Shown here one piece after another: positions 8,601 to 16,345 of a DNA stretch of 64,000 nucleotides (positions are counted from its first letter, which is position 1; the number at the start of each line of letters is the position of its first letter). The stretch lies in contig OZ241869.1 in assembly GCA_965202805.1 (NCBI GenBank), positions 1,536,001 through 1,600,000 of the forward strand. Direction: 5' to 3'. The position numbers and the translations under genes were made by a program. The notes below the pieces were generated by a model. That model saw nothing but the letters and a program-made list of their open reading frames with translations, was not told where the DNA came from and did no database searches. The DNA is from Longimicrobiales bacterium. Its GTDB lineage: Bacteria; Gemmatimonadota; Gemmatimonadetes; Longimicrobiales; Gaopeijiaceae.

Positions 8601-11400
8601 CGAGATCCTCGCGATGAAGCAAGGGAAGGGTCTTGACGTTCTGGAGTTCGTATTGGAAGTGTTGCGGGTAATCAGGCTTGACCTGCCCGAGCACCGCTTT
8701 TCTCCAATCGTCCCAACCCTGCTGCGGCACGGAGACGGGGGCGTTGTCGGGAAGCGCAGGATCGGAACTGTTCATCCGATACCGGGCGGGCTGGCAGGCG
8801 TGCAACCGCAGCCCGTCCACCACTCCCGCGCGGGCGAACTGTTCGGCGCGATCGGCGAGGTCGATCCCATGCGGCTCGCCGTCGGCACCGCGATTGTCTT
8901 CTTGCGGAAACCACCGGTCGTCGTCGCTGGGCAGGAGCGCGTTCCGCAGCAAGTCCTCGCCCTCGTCGCCAGGTAGGCCATCGGCCAGCGTTTTGAGGTG
9001 GTCGCCGGAGCGTCCGGTCCACCCTGGCCCGAATACGGCCTCCTTCATTGCGAACCAACCGTCGGTGCAGGCTACGGGAAGCTCGGCGAGGCGATCCAAC
9101 AGACCTTCTGGTTCCTCACGGCCAACCACTTCCAGACTCCAAGCCAGCGCGTCGGCGCACTTCGCCGCCTCGGGGCTGCCATGGGCGACCGGCAGGTCCG
9201 GAAGAGATGGGACGATGACCATTCGGAGAAGATCCGCTCTCCGAAAGCTCCGCACGAACCGGCCGTCGAGGAACTTCTGGATTTCGGTCCGCCGGCGCTG
9301 TGGTCCTTCGTGCGTCTCCACTTCGCGATGGAGGAATGCCATCCGCTCCTTAAGGGAGGCTGGAACGGAGGCGACGAAGTCCGACGCGTCGTCGGCGTCG
9401 GTGCGAGGCTGGAAGAAGATCCGAACATCGTCCGACGCCGAGAGCAGCCGTCCGTCCTCGGTGGGCAGGAACTCCGCCTCAGCGAGAGCGTCGGCTTCCG
9501 GCTTCCCGGGCTCGGACCGCAATATCGGCGGAAGCACGGCGAGCACACTTCCCAGGAACATGTTCCAGTCGGGCGGCACCTCCCGGGGACGGTATCCGTC
9601 GGCTTCGGGATCCGCTTGCCGCAGGCGGACCCGCTCGGCCATTCGCTCCAAGGTGTGCGCCCATTCCTCAATTCGTGGAGTCGCCGAGTCACCCAGAGAC
9701 CCCAGAAGACGCTCGACGGCCTCGCGACGCTCGTCGAGCGCGGACGATGCCACGTCGAATCCAGCCTGTCCGCGCCACTCGGCCTCGCCGAGGGGATCGT
9801 CGGTCGGGATGTTCGGCATCGTTCGTGCGACCGCGGACCGTCGCCAACCGCAGTCGCACAGGATCAACTCCATCTGCTCGAGGGAGATACAGTCCTCCCG
9901 GCCGCGGGCGCGTTCACTGAGGCGCCGCGTCAGCTCGGGATCGTCGGACGCGGGCGAACCGGCCTGCGCAAGCAGGTCGATCACCGCCCGGCCGCGCCAC
10001 GGCTCTGGGGAACCCTTCACCAGTTCGAGAACCGCGTCGAGTGCCAGGTCCGTCACCAATTCAAGCAGTAGTTCATTGTATTCGTCACCGAAGTTGATCT
10101 TCTTCCGGTCCAGAGATCCGTAGAACGGGGCATTGACGTGCGCGCCCACGCCGGTCTCCATCTTGGTGGGCAGGAAGATGACGAAAGCGCCGCCGCGTGC
10201 CTCTCGCGTCTCCTCGACGGCAACAGCGACCTCCACCGTCCGCACCTCCGGCCATCGATTCGGAAGGTGGCGGACAGCCGCGGCAAGACGCTTGGCCTCC
10301 GCTGGCTGGTCAGCCCCTCCGAAGGTCCGGCTCCAGACGTGGAAAGACCGCTGGGTCACGTCGCTAGCGTCGCCCGCCCGCCTGCTCACTCGTAGTCGCT
10401 CATGCCGGGCGGCCGGCACGGGATTGGAGAGCTCGGAATCGATCCGGCGCTCGAGCTCCGTGTGTTCTTCGTCAATGGTGATCCGAAGCACCGACAGGTG
10501 ACGCAGGAACACCATCGCTGCCTCGTCCAACGCCCCAAGTTGCTCGCTGACCGACTTGACAGCTTCGTCGGCGCTGCCCGCCCGCCCGCCGTCCAGTGGA
10601 AGGCGAATGACCGTCACATGGCCATCTTCGAGAAGCCTCGCCACCTCGGGCGGCGGATCGCCGAGAAAGCGCGGCAGCACATAGGCCGAGAGGTGTTTGA
10701 CCTCTTCGGAGAGCCACTTCTCGACCTCTTCCACGGATTTGGTGCCGTTCCCGGACATGGTGCCCCGGTATTCCTCGATCTGTTTCTCCGACCAGTCCAC
10801 GACCGGTTCCTCGCCGAATGCCGAGTCCGTCGGCGCGTCACCGTTGAAGAGCTGCTTGGCCACATGGGCTATCGGATCAAGCACATTGGGATGGAAGCCG
10901 AACGTAAAGGCGGGCTTGTCTTCCGCTGGCGCCGTCGACCACACCTCCGGACGGGTTGTCAGTTCGAGCACGCTCCGAAAGCCCAGCCCTTTGTTACCGA
11001 CGCTCTCGTTCGGATTCTTGGGGCTCTGCGCGAGCTGGCAGATTCCGCTGAAGTCTTCGCGGCGAAAGGGCCGGCCGCTGTTGGCGATCAGCAACTCGGG
11101 TTGCTCGCGGGACGAGTTCAGCACGAAGGAGACCTGGCACCGGTCGTGGCTGCCGCCACCGAGGACATCGTGAGCATTCTGCAACAACTCCAGCACGGCT
11201 CGTCCCCGGTACTCCTGCGCCACCTGATCGCCCAGGCTGGCGACGGTCCGGTAGTTCGTCGTCCTGTTCCTCAGCTCGTCGAGAAAGGTGCGCACCTGAC
11301 GGCGGGCCTGCTCCTCAATGATCCGTCGGCCTGCCAGTCTCCGCTTGTAATCGAACCTCGGCGGTCCTTCAGTGGTCTGGTTGACGAGTTGTTCCTTCAT
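5632..11400 (-). CDS. 1922-aa sacsin-like GHKL (HSP90-like) ATPase with C-terminal DUF3883/NOV-C-type PD-(D/E)XK nuclease domain; putative anti-phage protein
   Basis: N-terminal ELLQNAHD, ANSGRPF, VGNKGLGFRSV, FLPT..G...HVNAPFYGSLDRK; C-terminal GIVGEMHAFRFL...DSLGYDFRF...VEVKAT...FELPSSE; AGGAG RBS upstream. Confidence 0.8.
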   Translation of the reverse strand: MKEQLVNQTTEGPPRFDYKRRLAGRRIIEEQARRQVRTFLDELRNRTTNYRTVASLGDQVAQEYRGRAVLELLQNAHDVLGGGSHDRCQVSFVLNSSREQPELLIANSGRPFRREDFSGICQLAQSPKNPNESVGNKGLGFRSVLELTTRPEVWSTAPAEDKPAFTFGFHPNVLDPIAHVAKQLFNGDAPTDSAFGEEPVVDWSEKQIEEYRGTMSGNGTKSVEEVEKWLSEEVKHLSAYVLPRFLGDPPPEVARLLEDGHVTVIRLPLDGGRAGSADEAVKSVSEQLGALDEAAMVFLRHLSVLRITIDEEHTELERRIDSELSNPVPAARHERLRVSRRAGDASDVTQRSFHVWSRTFGGADQPAEAKRLAAAVRHLPNRWPEVRTVEVAVAVEETREARGGAFVIFLPTKMETGVGAHVNAPFYGSLDRKKINFGDEYNELLLELVTDLALDAVLELVKGSPEPWRGRAVIDLLAQAGSPASDDPELTRRLSERARGREDCISLEQMELILCDCGWRRSAVARTMPNIPTDDPLGEAEWRGQAGFDVASSALDERREAVERLLGSLGDSATPRIEEWAHTLERMAERVRLRQADPEADGYRPREVPPDWNMFLGSVLAVLPPILRSEPGKPEADALAEAEFLPTEDGRLLSASDDVRIFFQPRTDADDASDFVASVPASLKERMAFLHREVETHEGPQRRRTEIQKFLDGRFVRSFRRADLLRMVIVPSLPDLPVAHGSPEAAKCADALAWSLEVVGREEPEGLLDRLAELPVACTDGWFAMKEAVFGPGWTGRSGDHLKTLADGLPGDEGEDLLRNALLPSDDDRWFPQEDNRGADGEPHGIDLADRAEQFARAGVVDGLRLHACQPARYRMNSSDPALPDNAPVSVPQQGWDDWRKAVLGQVKPDYPQHFQYELQNVKTLPLLHREDLDAPARAALSQLVLASLTQWEDGWRKVRIRLRRGDWYWAQRIPSPLQHWLSTLPWLVDAPGGDQGALRDRKPLHQRWFVPGSLLRGPSGQFRDLSPLSLQLVQQLGKDEEVLVALERLGLNVYPTEEARAGPALLETLADVAEGLAHGAHNHNAMPAGRFNVLLGQVRHGWRHLDLEGDLPTRFIIRTKPRTLTVRTAEKLEDVYLPDHSWKTRLLREHDQPIVAMRPEEASKKPLRDRLVKLGARRAAGLEEHCRIDHASSTQTVDGTQTLDAAGLGWLPVVLLALHAHGGGNPAGPATKAWRQAAARLRRARVRQCAFIQVELVDAGRSVAYSQPRAHWLSRDRILVLHRDIAHGGLYDEIAAASQAILDRQDLLKDLRLVLGALNGRPQPTRGQIEAALDRAEIDAVAVANIRHLWHGEPSTLAHRIRPVLQLRDISEDGLGGAAKDTSSLSRWLSENAKIDEWPTEELLATARECWDDTEMGYRTWRVLGDAAELKEWNKALAELGGKYKQVSNTQAEAQAKRWLDEAAPLLRALARHVATSAADDSVDQGKLFSRLNAVHESLEKDSEWPRLWTQWSQDHWDVPFSAVLDVLRERCERVSEAGPHPDVFERANTVAEFRSALERTGVALKTDPLDVARDNQKRLDDAVQEVVELYETWLDNKGAEPPSSAKVPEVRLDDSMYLRKWPEHDLLERAKLAVADSDFYAKVKHCTTIEKMRDTLGITYEDLERIRKRRERQTDEDERGKRTVEVAGKPFEIGGPVSYRELFARLEKLPDPRQAEGIGPPPPEPDGGGGTQPSVSNDSEVCRRRPRTSHLHGPPDLPGLVGIVGEMHAFRFLRAKFGINESAWVSESRTKVVPLLDAERDVTSDSLGYDFRFTRDEVTWCVEVKATKGEGRRFELPSSELNAATRIAPRRNERWRILRVVRTLTEQPACYWLPNPREPGPGERLRLVSQGGAIVEYALPKDSETDRSAADTLRSEPEDK

Positions 11401-11430
11401 CTGCCGGCCTGCTCCTAAGTCGTTGTGGCC

Positions 11431-12510
11431 TCACCCCACCCCCGGCCCGCTGACCTGCCACTCCACCACCTCGAGCGGCTCCCCCAGCAGAGCCGCCCCT
11501 CGCACCGGTGAGATCAGCTCCTCTCCCACGGCACGCCAGACCAGCCGCCTGAAGCGCTGCGGCTTCTCAAAAGCACCGAATCCCTGATCGTCACCCATCG
11601 GCTCCGGTTCCGTTGTTCGCCACGACCGGGCGAATGTGGCGAACGCGCGCCGGACCGCGGAAGGCCGCAGCACCCCCACCTGACCGAGGCGTACCAGCAT
11701 GGCCGCCGCCGAGACGCCGTAGGTGTGCTTGAGACGCGCGATCTCGTAATAGGTGACGCGGCGGCGCCTCGCTCCGACCTTTGCTAGGAGATCCCGGCCG
11801 GGGACGAGGAACGCGCCCGCGAAGCGGTTCATCGCCGCCTCCAGCTTGATGGCGGGGTTGCCGGTTGACCGGATGATCTTGTGGGCGAGTTCGTGGGCCA
11901 GGGTGAAGCGCTTGCGTTCGACGTTCGTCCGGCTGGATACCACCACCGCATCGGCGACCACCCTCCCCCGCCGCATGGCCCGGCACGCCAGGCCGCTGAT
12001 GCGCTCGGGGAGGTCGGCCTCGACCACCTTGATCCCTTTATCCTCCAGGAGAGCGCACAGGCTGGGCACCGGATCCATGCCCAGGTCCCATGCTTCGCGG
12101 AGTTGATCGGCGCGGTCGTCGATCTCGGCCTCGGTGGCGATGCAGTCGCAGCGGCAGTGCTCGAAACGGTCGCCCGCCGGCGGCAAGCCGAGAACCTCCT
12201 CGATGGTCAGATACCGCTCGAGGTTGTCGATCAGGACGGCTTCGGCTCGGGCTCGGTCGCGCGCGGAAGTGCCCGGGTCCTTGCGGAACTCGAGGCCGTC
12301 GAGGACATCGACCCGGTCGCTCATGAGGAAGTCCAGCGAGACATCGAGCGCCTCGCCAAGGCCGACGAGAACGGCCGACGAGGGCATCATCTTGCCCGCC
12401 TCATACTTGCTGATGGCCTGCGCGCTGACCTTCGGATCCATCCGCTCGGCAAGCGACCGCAGGGAAAGGCCCGCTCGCTTGCGGGCCAGCCGAAGTCGCC
12501 GTCCGAACAT
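11431..12510 (-). CDS. XRE-family HTH fused to ImmA/IrrE (peptidase M78) zinc metallopeptidase
   Basis: N-terminal RLRLARKRAGLSLRSLA...SAQAISKYEAGKMMPS HTH; C-terminal RKRFTLAHELAH (HExxH) and EAAMNRFAGAFLVP. Confidence 0.9.
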   Translation of the reverse strand: MFGRRLRLARKRAGLSLRSLAERMDPKVSAQAISKYEAGKMMPSSAVLVGLGEALDVSLDFLMSDRVDVLDGLEFRKDPGTSARDRARAEAVLIDNLERYLTIEEVLGLPPAGDRFEHCRCDCIATEAEIDDRADQLREAWDLGMDPVPSLCALLEDKGIKVVEADLPERISGLACRAMRRGRVVADAVVVSSRTNVERKRFTLAHELAHKIIRSTGNPAIKLEAAMNRFAGAFLVPGRDLLAKVGARRRRVTYYEIARLKHTYGVSAAAMLVRLGQVGVLRPSAVRRAFATFARSWRTTEPEPMGDDQGFGAFEKPQRFRRLVWRAVGEELISPVRGAALLGEPLEVVEWQVSGPGVG

Positions 12511-12539
12511 GCCGTTTTCTCCCCGTCCCTGTTACCGGT

Positions 12540-12578
12540 GGTTGACATAATACATGTACATTGGTATTAGTGTCAACC
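12540..12578. promoter_or_regulatory. AT-rich inverted repeat containing two opposed TTGACA boxes (operator with overlapping promoters)
   Basis: GGTTGACA-TAATAC-ATGTACATTG-GTATTA-G-TGTCAACC; minus strand reads TTGACA-N18-TATTAT towards the XRE gene, plus strand reads TTGACA-N17-TATTAG. Confidence 0.7.
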
Positions 12579-12634
12579 TGCAGTTGAGGATTGCCGAACA
12601 GGATGGCCGACAGTCGGGACGACGGGGAGGGGAC

Positions 12635-13018
12635 GTGGACAACGCAACGCGGCAACGGCCGCACATCATGGAACTGATCGACAACGCACCCTGGCGCGAG
12701 GCCGTCACCTACCGGAAGATCTGGCCCCATGAGTACGTGGTCGTCAAAAAGGACGGCCAGGAGGAGTTGCTGGCCGCGTTCTGCGAGCGCATCGAGCGTG
12801 GCGAGGGCATCGAGTGCCGGTTCTTCCACCAGACACGCCGGTACCTCTTCCTCGACGACTACAAGTACTGGATCATGGTGGAGTGCAGCGACATCGACCT
12901 CGACGCCGAGGACCACGTTCTGAACCGCGCGCGCTTCTACCGCGACAGGCGGGACTTCGTGATTCAGAGGGGCGATACCGGAAGCCGAGAGGACTACCCG
13001 GCGAACCCGGCGGATTAG
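12635..13018 (+). CDS. Small hypothetical protein (W..A.TY....PHEY...YL..D.YKYW.M...NRA pattern)
   Basis: GGAGG before GTG 12635 (alternative ATG 12668); coding-like codon bias; ends 15 bp before the nuclease gene. Confidence 0.7.
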   Translation: MDNATRQRPHIMELIDNAPWREAVTYRKIWPHEYVVVKKDGQEELLAAFCERIERGEGIECRFFHQTRRYLFLDDYKYWIMVECSDIDLDAEDHVLNRARFYRDRRDFVIQRGDTGSREDYPANPAD

Positions 13019-13033
13019 CGGGCCAGCGGCGCG

Positions 13034-14512
13034 GTGGACTCCATCTCCCGGCTCCTGAACCACCTGGAGGAGGTTCGGCAGGCACGAAACGAGGATTGCG
13101 TCCGTTTCCTGCAGGAGTTGACCCCGCCCCTGCACGCCACTCGCGCGGTCAACCGCGAACTGGATCGCCACCTCGCGCGCCGCTTCAACGTCTTCCGCTA
13201 CCTCCGCGACGACGAACTCGGCCTCTCGCGGATCATCGCCGACCTGCTCGATCCAGAGGGCGAGCACGGTCAGAGCACGACCTATCTGGAAGCGATGTTG
13301 GGGTTGCTGGAGGTTCCGTTTCGGTGCACCGCCTCCGACGAGATTCGGGTCCTGCTGGAGCGTGGGATCTCGGGAGGCAGGCGCATCGACGTCACGGTGG
13401 ACATCCCGACAGACGACGGGCCCTTCTGCCTCGCACTCGAGAACAAGCCGCGCGCCAACGACCAGCCCGGGCAATGCAGCGACTACCTGAAGTTCCTCAA
13501 TGAGAAATACGGCAAGCGCTTCCTCCTGATCTACCTGCCACCCCGCTACCGGATGCCCGACGAGTCCAGCCTTCGGTCGGACGATTATCGCAGGCACTGG
13601 ACGAATCACTTCCGCGTGCTGCCCTATGTTGCAGGCGATGCTCCGCATGGCGACGACGATCCCTCCGACGACGATGGCGGGGCCTTGGTGCGAGGCGACT
13701 CGGGCGCGGACTACGCGCGTACCGAGGACGATGCGCTTGCCGAGGACAAAGCCACAGATCACGAAGCTACGCCTGCCCATGCTGACGCGGTTGTCGGTGA
13801 AGGCGCCTCGCTGGCGGACTGGTTCGGAACCTGTTGCACGCTCAGCGACCCCGAGCGGCTGCGCTGGTTCCTCCGAGAGGCGCAACTATATTGCCGAGAA
13901 CATTTTGGAGATTCGACCATGGCTGACACCGAAGCCCGCTACATTCGCGAGTACCTTGACGAGAACCCGAGACACCTCCATGCGGCGTACGCGGTGGCCC
14001 GAGCCTGGCCCACCATCAAGCACGATGTCTGCCGACGGTTCCTGGAGCACTTGCGGGACAGGGTTGAGGAACGGTTCTCCGAGGAGATGCCGGAGATTCG
14101 GGACGACTTGCAGGTCAGTTGTCGGTACGATGACGAAAAGAAGTGGTCAACCCAGCTCAAGTTGAGGAGAACGATCATGATTCAAGCCGGGGGGCCTGGG
14201 CCCAGGCGATGGATCTGGGGCGTCCGCAACCCAAACCCGAAGACGCTGCGCGAAGAACTGCTGGCCGAGCTGAGGCGTCACGACCTCTCGCTTCAACATG
14301 CCAGCGACGGGTGGCCTCAATGGGAATACCTCCCTCGCTATGGACACTGGGACCGCCGTGTCCCTGAACTCGTCCAGGAACTTGCCGAAGGCGGCGGCAA
14401 AATCACCGATTATTATGTCAACGGGCTCCTCAACATCGCCGAAAAGGCTATCCCCGCCTTTGACGAAGTGGAGCTGGCGAACCAGAGCCCCTCGGCTTCG
14501 GAGGACTCCTGA
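13034..14512 (+). CDS. PD-(D/E)XK superfamily nuclease (PDDEXK_4-like)
   Basis: FNVFRYLRDDELGLSRIIADLLDPEGEHGQ, RRIDVTV, LALENKPRANDQPGQCSDY, LLIYLPP. Confidence 0.82.
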   Translation: MDSISRLLNHLEEVRQARNEDCVRFLQELTPPLHATRAVNRELDRHLARRFNVFRYLRDDELGLSRIIADLLDPEGEHGQSTTYLEAMLGLLEVPFRCTASDEIRVLLERGISGGRRIDVTVDIPTDDGPFCLALENKPRANDQPGQCSDYLKFLNEKYGKRFLLIYLPPRYRMPDESSLRSDDYRRHWTNHFRVLPYVAGDAPHGDDDPSDDDGGALVRGDSGADYARTEDDALAEDKATDHEATPAHADAVVGEGASLADWFGTCCTLSDPERLRWFLREAQLYCREHFGDSTMADTEARYIREYLDENPRHLHAAYAVARAWPTIKHDVCRRFLEHLRDRVEERFSEEMPEIRDDLQVSCRYDDEKKWSTQLKLRRTIMIQAGGPGPRRWIWGVRNPNPKTLREELLAELRRHDLSLQHASDGWPQWEYLPRYGHWDRRVPELVQELAEGGGKITDYYVNGLLNIAEKAIPAFDEVELANQSPSASEDS

Positions 14513-14542
14513 ACCGATCCCCCGCCAACCCGCCTCCGAACC

Positions 14543-16222
14543 TCAGTCCAGCTCCAGAATCGGATCCTTCTCCCCCGTCATCTCCCAGCGCGTGAGCACG
14601 ATGGGGATGACCCCGGCGCCGTAGAAGGCGTCGAAGAAGCGCTTGATGGTGAAGTCGTCGCCCTCCTGGATGGCGTACTCGGAGAGCAGCTCCTCAAGCT
14701 GGATCTTGCCGCTGACGTAGCTGGTGCCGTAGCCCGGCTGCCTGAGGTAGAGGCTCTGCTCGCCGCGCACCAGGTCGCCCTCCGTGAGCCATCCGCGCGG
14801 CGTCCAGGTCATCGCGTGCTCGACCGCCTCTTCCATGTCGAAGACCTCGCCGTGCAGGTTGAGGCCGCTGAGGGCGCGCGCCGCCCGCTGCGCCAGCATG
14901 ATCCACACGAGTTCGCGTGCCCGGGGAGAGTTCTCGTCCAGAAGCCCCAGGTGCATGAACATCTCCTCGACGCCGGTCGCCAGCCCCTCGGAGCGTGCGT
15001 CGAAGATGTTGTAGAGCGAAGGCGTGGCCCGGATGGGGCTCGGGTGCGGGTCTTCGCGCATGCGCGCCAGCTCGATCCAGTGGTGCATGTGCGGGCGGAA
15101 GGCGTCCGGATCGCGGTAGATGACTTCCTGGAAGAAGTTGCGCAGCTCGCCGGGCTCCACGGGGCTGAAGGCTCCGTTCACCGCCCTGAGCGCGGGATCC
15201 ATGTAGTCGAAGATGGTCTCGATCTCCTCTTCCTCCAGGAACCGCATGTACATGTCCACAGACTCGTTCAGGCGCCGGTCGTATTCCTCCGGAGAGGCGA
15301 TGCGTTCGAGTTCGGGCAGAGCGCGGTTGCGGTTCTCCTCCAGGCGCATCGAGGAATGCGAGCGCGCCAGCTCGCGGCGCATGAGGGTCACCTGCTCCTC
15401 CCACGAATACGGGACGAGATGGACGTTCTGCATGTACCAGGTGTAGTTGTCGGCCCCGACCCCGGACGGGCCGGTGCGGGAGGAGGCGCCCTCCTCCAGC
15501 CAGACGCGGAAGGCGTCGGAGGCCGCGCGTGCGTCGGCGATGGCCTGGTCGAGATCGGGGCTGGTGCCGGCGACCTGCTCGGCGTAGGTGTCGAGGTCGC
15601 TGGCCTGACCGGCGAAGTCGCGGATGCCGGCCAGCCAGAGGTCGCGGGCGTTGGAGTCGGCGAGGTTCACGCGGGCCTGTTCCAGCAACGCGGGGATGGA
15701 GCCGATGCGGGCCGTGAGTTCCGCCGCGTCGGCGTCAGACAGCGGATAGTCGTAGGTCCAGGTATCGACCCAGCCGTGAATCACGGCGCCCTCGTGGGCC
15801 GGGACATCGCTCTCCGCCAGGAACATGATCACGTAGAAGGCCGGGTCGCGCGCCCAGGGACGGCGCACGCGGTGGTCGAAGTCGAGCCCGTTCATCTCCG
15901 CCCTCACCAGGTGCCAGTCGATCTGTTCGGCAACCGGCCAGTCCTCCGGAGCGAGAGCGTTCAGGCGCAGCCGCCACTGCGGGAGTTCGGCGTGCTGGCG
16001 CGCCATCGCCGCCGCGGAGTAATCCGGGACGCCATCCACGAACTCGGGTATCTCGAAGGCGCGCCACTCCTCGAAGAGCTGGACCAGATCCGCGTGCGAG
16101 CCGGGGCCCGCGGCCACGACGGACTCGCCGGAATCCGCCGTGCACCGCACGAAGAGGAGTCCGACCACGATGAGCGCGATCCCGGCGACGAGGACGGAGG
16201 GACGAGGTTTGCTGCGGGACAT
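14543..16222 (-). CDS. DUF885-like exported protein (putative metallopeptidase-like)
   Basis: N-terminal hydrophobic segment ending in Cys; C-terminal RSEGLATGVEE...YLRQPGYGTSYVSGKIQL...FFDAFYGAGVIP pattern of DUF885. Confidence 0.7.
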   Translation of the reverse strand: MSRSKPRPSVLVAGIALIVVGLLFVRCTADSGESVVAAGPGSHADLVQLFEEWRAFEIPEFVDGVPDYSAAAMARQHAELPQWRLRLNALAPEDWPVAEQIDWHLVRAEMNGLDFDHRVRRPWARDPAFYVIMFLAESDVPAHEGAVIHGWVDTWTYDYPLSDADAAELTARIGSIPALLEQARVNLADSNARDLWLAGIRDFAGQASDLDTYAEQVAGTSPDLDQAIADARAASDAFRVWLEEGASSRTGPSGVGADNYTWYMQNVHLVPYSWEEQVTLMRRELARSHSSMRLEENRNRALPELERIASPEEYDRRLNESVDMYMRFLEEEEIETIFDYMDPALRAVNGAFSPVEPGELRNFFQEVIYRDPDAFRPHMHHWIELARMREDPHPSPIRATPSLYNIFDARSEGLATGVEEMFMHLGLLDENSPRARELVWIMLAQRAARALSGLNLHGEVFDMEEAVEHAMTWTPRGWLTEGDLVRGEQSLYLRQPGYGTSYVSGKIQLEELLSEYAIQEGDDFTIKRFFDAFYGAGVIPIVLTRWEMTGEKDPILELD

Positions 16223-16345
16223 GACGGCCTCCCGGAACTACGGTCCAATCGATGAGCAGGCTGCTCGCCTGTTCAGTCTACTCGATGTGCGGCCTGCTCG
16301 ACATGCGGCGCGGTCACGGCTTGCTGCGGTCGCGCCCGCCTGCGG

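Noticed and set aside
5142..14512. Prophage or ICE call for the accessory block
   Set aside because: No integrase, transposase, conjugation or phage structural genes and no flanking repeats; reported only as a defence-like island.
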